Assembly (NCBI GenBank): GCA_028698585.1
Contig: JAQVWG010000003.1
Coordinates: 3,518-67,517 of the forward strand
DNA from: Clostridia bacterium
GTDB lineage: Bacteria; Bacillota; Clostridia; Christensenellales; CAG-314
Direction of reading: 5' to 3'
Length of the DNA: 64,000 nt
Shown: one piece after another, positions 58,086 through 64,000 of the stretch
Layout: each line of letters opens with the position of its first letter
Numbering within the stretch: the first letter of the stretch is position 1
The notes under the pieces: generated by a model
Seen by the model: only the letters and a program-made list of their open reading frames with translations
The model's database searches: none
What the model was told of the DNA's origin: nothing
Program-made: the position numbers and the translations under genes

Positions 58086-58267
58086 ATAATAGACATAATT
58101 CGCACCGTGCCCATTGATATGCGATATTATTAGTAGTATCGAATAACTGTATTCGAATGAGTAGAGTTGATTAGTTCTCTTAACACTATCGTACATGGTA
58201 GATTAATCGGTAATGTCTAAATATCAATAATGGACACGATTCGTACCGTGCCCATTGATAAGTGATA
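58086..58267. repeat. Two copies of a 41-bp unit (58086-58126 and 58227-58267; period 141 bp)
   Basis: ataatRgacaYRattcgYaccgtgcccattgataWgYgata, aligned by eye. Confidence 0.8.
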
Positions 58268-58287
58268 ATTATAGTCAAGTAAGCTTG

Positions 58288-59001
58288 TTACACATTCCAC
58301 TTGCGAGTGTACTCGTCCTTAAGGGTATGGAAGCAACAGATTGTCACTATCCCGAAATTGAGTAGTGCTATAAGGAATGCAATAGTAGCAAGTGTTGGGG
58401 GAATAGCTCTCATTGAGGGTATGAAAAACAGTACAACTCGATATAACACAATGAACGCCGTACAGAACAACAGTATGGAAAAATACCCACCGGTATCCTT
58501 TTTGATTTTGAGCGCTATAAAGAAGTCTAGCATAACTAGTGACGCAATATAGATAGAGGGCAGTATCCACCTTACCGTTATTTCTGCCGAAATATAATTG
58601 GTTGCAACCAGTTCCATGAATATGCTCATTGCCGTAACCAACGGGAAACCGATTAATAATTGAACGTATACCTTAAACTTGTGCGTGATAGGGGTGATTA
58701 TCGAGAACATAGTTATCAATCCGCCTGCCAACACGTATGCAGACCACTTGAATGTATGCGTTATCATCAACTCTATAATAACACATATTATCATACCGAG
58801 TAGAATTAGTCTGTTGGTCTTGGTATTGAAGAAGTCAACGTTCTGCTGAATACCTGCATGGGGGTACTTAACGTATGGTTGACAGGCTTGGTCGTATTTC
58901 TCGAAAGGCTGGTCGACGCTAGTCGATAAATGGCTTCCACACAGTGGACAGTTGGTCTGTTGCTCCTCTACATTGAGTTTACATACATTACAATACTTCA
59001 T
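58288..59001 (-). CDS. Membrane protein with an N-terminal zinc-ribbon (CxxC..CxxC)
   Basis: 237 aa. N-terminus is CNVCKLNVEEQQTNCPLCG, followed by about 6 TM segments. Its start overlaps the stop of 58998..60548. Confidence 0.65.
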   Translation of the reverse strand: MKYCNVCKLNVEEQQTNCPLCGSHLSTSVDQPFEKYDQACQPYVKYPHAGIQQNVDFFNTKTNRLILLGMIICVIIELMITHTFKWSAYVLAGGLITMFSIITPITHKFKVYVQLLIGFPLVTAMSIFMELVATNYISAEITVRWILPSIYIASLVMLDFFIALKIKKDTGGYFSILLFCTAFIVLYRVVLFFIPSMRAIPPTLATIAFLIALLNFGIVTICCFHTLKDEYTRKWNV

Positions 59002-60548
59002 AACTGCTCACCTCTATACGTGCTCTCCACGCATAACTGTACGCCGTCTTTGGTCAGATTGGACATCAGGTGTCGCTCGAATAACGTGTCCTTGACTATG
59101 GATGAACAAGTTATGACTGTCAATCCGTTATATGATGCCATAGTAACACCTATTGGCTCGCAGAACGCCTCGCCAAAAGCGAACTCATAGCGTACCACGT
59201 GCTGAGAAAACTCTCTGGGCGCCTTAACTACGCCTAGGTTGGAGAGAGAGGATGAGTTAAGCGTCCTGCCGAATGCGTTATATACTAGCCTGAGTGCTAG
59301 GTTCTTAACTGGTAGGGGCGCAATCCTCATCCACATATTGGTCTGTGCATTAGTGTTATAGTTAATCATATTCTGAAAATATTCTTTATTAACCTGCCGT
59401 GCAAAGTCTTGTTTAACGCTGTCAATCAACTGTTCGAATGTGTCGCTCTCCTTATAATATGCGTAGAAGTAAGAGGAAAAATTGCGGTAAGTACAGCTAT
59501 TGAACTTCTCACGCAGGTTACAGGGGATAGATACTTTAATGGGTTTCTTGTCATTATTAAGAGTTGTCTTCAACTGGTAATGAATACTGTCTAGTACTCT
59601 TGACGCCAGATATTGAGTAATAGTACAGCCGTATTTCTTGGCAACTGCCACCAGTGATGAAGAATCACACACAGCCTTCCTTAGAATTACAGAGTGGTGG
59701 GGTAATATCTCGCCCTTAATGTGTGATGCCTTGACATGCTCTGCCTTGCCCTTATGGTTATTACGCGCGGTTTGAAAACTATCTACTGTTTCCTCATATC
59801 TGGGCTTATCGAGGTAATGAGGGCAGTTGGTTCTGTCCTTAATCTCTCCGTATCCACTCAGTTCAAAATAAGTGGCTAATAAACAGTTGAATAGCGCTAG
59901 TCCGCCACTACCGTCTGTCGCCGTGTGAAAAAACTCTATGGCCACCTCGAACTGCTTATATAATACCCGAATCATAGGGTGCTTATGGTCAGGACGGAAA
60001 GTACGACAAGTCAGACCTGTTTCCTCCTCAACAATCAATGGGATGGATGGGCTGTCTAGGTAATACCAGAATATGCCCGCCTTGAGCGTACTACATATTG
60101 TGGGGAACCGTGGCACGATTAAATTGACTGCTTTTTGCAGAATAAGTGGGTTGACCTCCTTATTGAGCAATACGGACAACCTGAACAACGCATTGTTCTT
60201 GTATGCAATGGGTGGGTATATTAGTCCTGCGTTGTCTAACTTATACCAAGATAGATTCTTATAGTTCTGCCGTTTAGCAATCTGATGAATCTTGTACTCC
60301 GTAGAGTTGAGTATAGCCTCTCTGCGTTGCTCTCGATGGGCAATGAGTACTTGTTGATTCTCTTGATGGTGTAATCGCTTACTCTCTTTTCGTTCCAGTT
60401 TCTGTTGCTTATTGCTGAGTGCAACAAGTTGCTTATTCTCTCTTTTCTGAGACAAAAGTAACATTGCATGCTCTTTCTTGGCACGCTTCAATTCTGCCTT
60501 GCCAGTAGCTATCGTTTCCTTGTCTTGTTTAGTCTGTTTATATTTCAT
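58998..60548 (-). CDS. Condensation/alcohol-acetyltransferase-like acyltransferase (HxxxDG) with a charged N-terminal extension
   Basis: 516 aa. The FFHTATDGSG motif matches the HHxxxDG active site of the condensation / WS-DGAT / AATase superfamily. The first roughly 95 aa are K/E/Q/R-rich and coiled-coil-like. Confidence 0.65.
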   Translation of the reverse strand: MKYKQTKQDKETIATGKAELKRAKKEHAMLLLSQKRENKQLVALSNKQQKLERKESKRLHHQENQQVLIAHREQRREAILNSTEYKIHQIAKRQNYKNLSWYKLDNAGLIYPPIAYKNNALFRLSVLLNKEVNPLILQKAVNLIVPRFPTICSTLKAGIFWYYLDSPSIPLIVEEETGLTCRTFRPDHKHPMIRVLYKQFEVAIEFFHTATDGSGGLALFNCLLATYFELSGYGEIKDRTNCPHYLDKPRYEETVDSFQTARNNHKGKAEHVKASHIKGEILPHHSVILRKAVCDSSSLVAVAKKYGCTITQYLASRVLDSIHYQLKTTLNNDKKPIKVSIPCNLREKFNSCTYRNFSSYFYAYYKESDTFEQLIDSVKQDFARQVNKEYFQNMINYNTNAQTNMWMRIAPLPVKNLALRLVYNAFGRTLNSSSLSNLGVVKAPREFSQHVVRYEFAFGEAFCEPIGVTMASYNGLTVITCSSIVKDTLFERHLMSNLTKDGVQLCVESTYRGEQL

Positions 60549-60775
60549 ATTCTCACTTCGTAGTTGTAGTTGTTATCTGCTATGAGCCGTGTAACAGTAA
60601 GAGATAATCTAACTGTAAGAGATAACCTTGATGTATTCTATCACAGTTTGTGATAAATGTCATACGATTACACTGTAATTGTGTAAAGTTGCGATAAGTT
60701 GACGCAATAGCTCTGTTTGGACGTATTTATGCGCGTACGAGATAGAGCACTTTTCAACAATTTCGTGGTATGCTA

Positions 60776-60804
60776 TTGACATCAAGGATTGGTTATTATA
60801 TACT
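60776..60804 (+). promoter_or_regulatory. Sigma-A-type promoter candidate: TTGACA, 17 nt, TATACT
   Basis: Hexamers at 60776-60781 and 60799-60804, 56 nt upstream of 60860. Confidence 0.5.
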
Positions 60805-60859
60805 ATTATGTAGTCTAAACAGCAGTAATTGAACTAATAAGCGCAGGTAGGGATAACAT

Positions 60860-61759
60860 TTGATTGAGTTTGGTGCGAGAAGTATAACTATATTCGGGTT
60901 TGATATATACTATTATGCCATGATTATCACATCAGGCATTATTGTTGCTATGATTGTTGCATCACTCATACTTAAACACAAGGGTATCAAGTCTGACATT
61001 GTACTGGACTACACAATAATCGTTATGCCATTGGCAATAATCGGCAGTAGATTGTATTTCCTGCTCTTTCCGTACAGTACCGTTATCGATTACTATACCG
61101 TTAGATATGGCGAGAGGGCAGCGTACGACTGGTTTATTAATCAATGGGAGTTCAGTCATGTCATAGACACTCGAGGTGGTGGACTGGGAGTATATGGTGG
61201 TGTAATCGTCGGCTACGCAGTCGGTTGGATACTGACTAAAGTGAAGCGACTCAACACTACGGAGATGGCAGACACGATTATGCCTGCGGTAATGCTAGCT
61301 CAAAGTGTCGGTAGGTGGGGCAATTTCATCAACGGCGAGGCACACGGCGTACTCATAACTAACCCTAATATGCAATGGTTCCCATTCGGTGTATATGTGG
61401 ACGGCAGTTGGTACCAAGCCACTTTTTTCTACGAGAGTCTGTGTACGCTAGTTGGATTCTTGATATGCGTATGGCTACTACGCCGTAAGAATTATCGCAA
61501 TGGTTGGACGGTATCATTCTATGGTATCTATTATGGTATAGTTAGATTGTTTATCGAGGGATTGCGTACCGATAGTCTATACTTGATTATTCCAGACTTC
61601 ATCAATAAGAGAATGATTAACACCAATATAAGGATATCTCAGGCAATTAGTATTATATGTATCTGTCTGGGAGTGATTAGATTGATTGTGCTATATCGCA
61701 AGGAGATTATCCTGCTGATTAAACGGATATTCGGCAGGAAATCGGAGCTGAACGCATAA
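60860..61759 (+). CDS. lgt: Prolipoprotein diacylglyceryl transferase (paralog 2)
   Basis: 299 aa with a TTG start. Canonical Lgt signature VGRWGNFINGEAHG, and Y..ES...L (FFYESLCTLVGF). Confidence 0.88.
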   Translation: MIEFGARSITIFGFDIYYYAMIITSGIIVAMIVASLILKHKGIKSDIVLDYTIIVMPLAIIGSRLYFLLFPYSTVIDYYTVRYGERAAYDWFINQWEFSHVIDTRGGGLGVYGGVIVGYAVGWILTKVKRLNTTEMADTIMPAVMLAQSVGRWGNFINGEAHGVLITNPNMQWFPFGVYVDGSWYQATFFYESLCTLVGFLICVWLLRRKNYRNGWTVSFYGIYYGIVRLFIEGLRTDSLYLIIPDFINKRMINTNIRISQAISIICICLGVIRLIVLYRKEIILLIKRIFGRKSELNA

Positions 61760-61820
61760 ATAACACTTGGCTATTATTGTCGAGTGACATGATACACATA
61801 CTAGTGATAATAGGAGAATT

Positions 61821-63260
61821 ATGCAAAGGAATCTAACAATGATGACCGATTACTATGAATTAACAATGGGTAACGGTTATTTCGCCAAAAAACTCGGTAA
61901 CGAAACAGCAGTATTCGATATGTTCTACAGACCCAACCTCGAACATTCATTCTGCATAGTAGCAGGTATTGAACAACTGGTTGAGTATATAACCAACCTA
62001 CACTTTGAGCAAGATGATATAGATTTCTTGCGCAAGACTAAGGAAATGAGCGAGGAGTTCTTGACATACCTTGCAGACTTCAAGTTCACTGGCAATGTGT
62101 ATGCAGTTGAAGAGGGAGCAATTGTGTTTCCCTTCGAGCCCATAGTAATAGTCGAAGCACCCATAATAGAAGCGCAAATTGTGGAGAGTGCACTACTCAA
62201 TATAGTCAATTTCCAGACGCTAATCGCGACTAAATCGCAGAGAGTGTGCCGTGCCGCTAATGGCAGTGGAGTACTGGAGTTCGGGCTGAGAAGGGCTCAG
62301 GGACCAGATGCCGCCATATACGGAGCAAGGGCTGCCGTTATAGGTGGCTGTGTTAGCACTAGTAACACCATATGTGCGCAAATGTTTGATTTAGTTCCCA
62401 AGGGTACGCACGCACACAGTTGGGTGATGACATTCGAGGATGAGATTGATTCTTTTCGTGCATACGCCGACCTATATCCCAACAACTGTCTACTGCTAGT
62501 GGACACTTACGACACTTTGCGCAGTGGCGTACCTAACGCTATTAAAGTGTTCGATGAGATGAAATCTCGTGGACTGCACCCAGTTGGCATTAGGCTAGAC
62601 TCGGGCGACCTAGCCTATCTATCCAAGAAGGCTAGGACAATGTTGGATAACGCCGGTCATGCCGACACCAAGATATTCGCATCGGGCGACCTTGACGAAT
62701 ACGTTATAAGTTCACTAATATCTCAGGGCGCCAAAATAGACATCTACGGCGTAGGCACTAAACTGATAACAAGCAACGACACTCCTAGCCTCGGTGGCGT
62801 ATATAAGATGTCTGCAGTATATAAGGACGGCAAATATATCCCCAAAATGAAAATCAGCGACAATCCTATCAAAATGACTAATCCATGTAAGAAGACATTC
62901 TATCGCTTGATAGATAAGGCAACTGGCAAGGCAATTGCAGACTTAATCACACTGTACGATGAAGTGATAGATACTAGTAAGCCTCTGGTGATAACCAGCC
63001 CTACAGAACGCTGGAAGAAACTCACTCTCGACAACTTCGACGCTATACCAATGATGACCAGAATCATCGATAACGGCAAATTAATTGTAGATTTACCCAC
63101 TGTCAAGCAGATTAAGAGCAAAGTACAGGATAACCTCAATATGTTCTGGGAGGAATACACTCGTAACGTTCGTCCAGAGTATTATAAGGTAGACTTATCG
63201 GATGCACTATACGATATTAAACAAGAGTTGATTAATCAACACATAAGGGGGCAAGAATGA
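61821..63260 (+). CDS. pncB: Nicotinate phosphoribosyltransferase
   Basis: 479 aa. N-terminus LTMMTDYYELTMGNGYF, plus FGLRRAQG, GTHAHSWVM and RLDSGDL. Confidence 0.9.
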   Translation: MQRNLTMMTDYYELTMGNGYFAKKLGNETAVFDMFYRPNLEHSFCIVAGIEQLVEYITNLHFEQDDIDFLRKTKEMSEEFLTYLADFKFTGNVYAVEEGAIVFPFEPIVIVEAPIIEAQIVESALLNIVNFQTLIATKSQRVCRAANGSGVLEFGLRRAQGPDAAIYGARAAVIGGCVSTSNTICAQMFDLVPKGTHAHSWVMTFEDEIDSFRAYADLYPNNCLLLVDTYDTLRSGVPNAIKVFDEMKSRGLHPVGIRLDSGDLAYLSKKARTMLDNAGHADTKIFASGDLDEYVISSLISQGAKIDIYGVGTKLITSNDTPSLGGVYKMSAVYKDGKYIPKMKISDNPIKMTNPCKKTFYRLIDKATGKAIADLITLYDEVIDTSKPLVITSPTERWKKLTLDNFDAIPMMTRIIDNGKLIVDLPTVKQIKSKVQDNLNMFWEEYTRNVRPEYYKVDLSDALYDIKQELINQHIRGQE

Positions 63261-63985
63261 AGAGATTTAATCAAGCAGGTGCTAGCAGACAGCGTAACAT
63301 ACAGAGAGTAACCGAGAAGTACACCGAGTTCGTTACGCAAACTGCAGTTGAGAGAGTACCCGGTGAGTATGCTCGTGGCAGACAACTATTTAGAGAAGTG
63401 CCCGACGCCAAATTCGTCATTGTGGAGAAGCCACCCAAGAAAGTGTATGTTGAGCCTGCCATAGGATTACAGGTTGAGCGTGAAGAGAATGAATCAGCAG
63501 ATATTATACTACAAGTAGCGGAGCAACAGTTGGCTGACGAGCAAGTGGAAGAATCAGATGTTAATGCAGATAAGAACGATAATGAGGACCTGATTGTTGC
63601 AACCGAGATTGTTAAACCAGTAAACGCACAAAGGAAATCCAAGCAATTACAACCAATAGCAACTATCGAGGTACCCAGAGAGGAGCAGATTATCGACCAA
63701 GAGAAGTTGTCCATCAATAAACCTGTTAGGTCTAACCCACTTGCAGAGCGTGTTGAGAAACCTGTAAAACCACGCATTAAGAAGTCCAAGGTTGAGATAT
63801 ATGTGCCAGTGGATAATGACCCTATAGTTGATACTCCGCAACCCAGTGAGCGCACTGGTAAATCAACCAATAAACAAGCGCACGCTGTCGAGCTGGAGGA
63901 ATTGCTCATTGTCAACCAGCCACTCGAAGAGTTGTTGGAAGTGGTTCTAGATGAAGGTAAACCCAAGAGCAACAAGACTGAATAG
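63257..63985 (+). CDS. Hypothetical charged (E/K/Q/V-rich) protein, translationally coupled to pncB
   Basis: 242 aa with an ATGA overlap to the pncB stop. The full-length antisense ORF 63271..63975 has the S/T/L/C-rich composition typical of a shadow ORF. Confidence 0.55.
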   Translation: MKRFNQAGASRQRNIQRVTEKYTEFVTQTAVERVPGEYARGRQLFREVPDAKFVIVEKPPKKVYVEPAIGLQVEREENESADIILQVAEQQLADEQVEESDVNADKNDNEDLIVATEIVKPVNAQRKSKQLQPIATIEVPREEQIIDQEKLSINKPVRSNPLAERVEKPVKPRIKKSKVEIYVPVDNDPIVDTPQPSERTGKSTNKQAHAVELEELLIVNQPLEELLEVVLDEGKPKSNKTE

Positions 63986-64000
63986 CATATTGTCGGTTTA

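Noticed and set aside
58026-58196. A 56-codon minus-strand ORF in the spacer upstream of mazF, considered as a candidate antitoxin.
   Set aside because: It has no RBS and lies about 400 nt from mazF. Its sequence is hydrophobic and low-complexity (MYDSVKRTNQLYSFEYSYSILLIISHING..) and does not resemble AbrB- or RHH-type antitoxins.
1-64000. An alternative genetic code or stop-codon reassignment as the explanation for the long spacers.
   Set aside because: All recognisable genes are full length under the standard code, and the stop codons I checked (TAA, TAG and TGA) sit at family-typical protein ends. For example, pncB ends at a TGA. The spacers contain stops in all frames.

Overview
The window reads as chromosome from a low-GC, Clostridia-like Firmicute using the standard genetic code. 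Supporting genes include a type-A RNase P RNA, a pro-sigma-K-like sporulation sigma factor, two Lgt paralogs, RNase J, GlpK, SerA/SerC, TyrS, PncB, RarA, RecX and a ParE/ParC-like type IIA topoisomerase pair. I support about 50 CDS and one ncRNA (rnpB). I saw no tRNA, rRNA, CRISPR array, integrase or transposase. Two things stand out. (1) An island at about 13.9-32 kb has as its core (18664-30037, + strand) a compact, intact phage-derived head/packaging cluster: TerL, a TerS-like fragment, portal, scaffold-like protein, major capsid candidate and five unassignable ORFs. It has no integrase, repressor, replication, lysis, prohead protease or long-tail genes. It is flanked by housekeeping genes, a sigma region-4-like regulator, two SH3b-like anchored envelope proteins and a 4 x 120-bp tandem array. 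This is my best candidate for an undescribed, possibly domesticated, particle-forming system. A decaying prophage or a capsid-forming satellite remain alternatives. (2) Intergenic spacers are unusually long, and at least 10 of them carry locus-specific tandem or near-tandem duplications. Two of these duplicate the 5' end of the downstream gene (a U32 peptidase and yigZ), producing chains of decoy mini-ORFs. Smaller oddities are a roughly 213-aa N/K-rich extension on RNase J, a MazF toxin with no adjacent antitoxin, and a tyrS with no room for a T-box leader. All functional calls rest on motifs I recognise by eye; no database search was possible.
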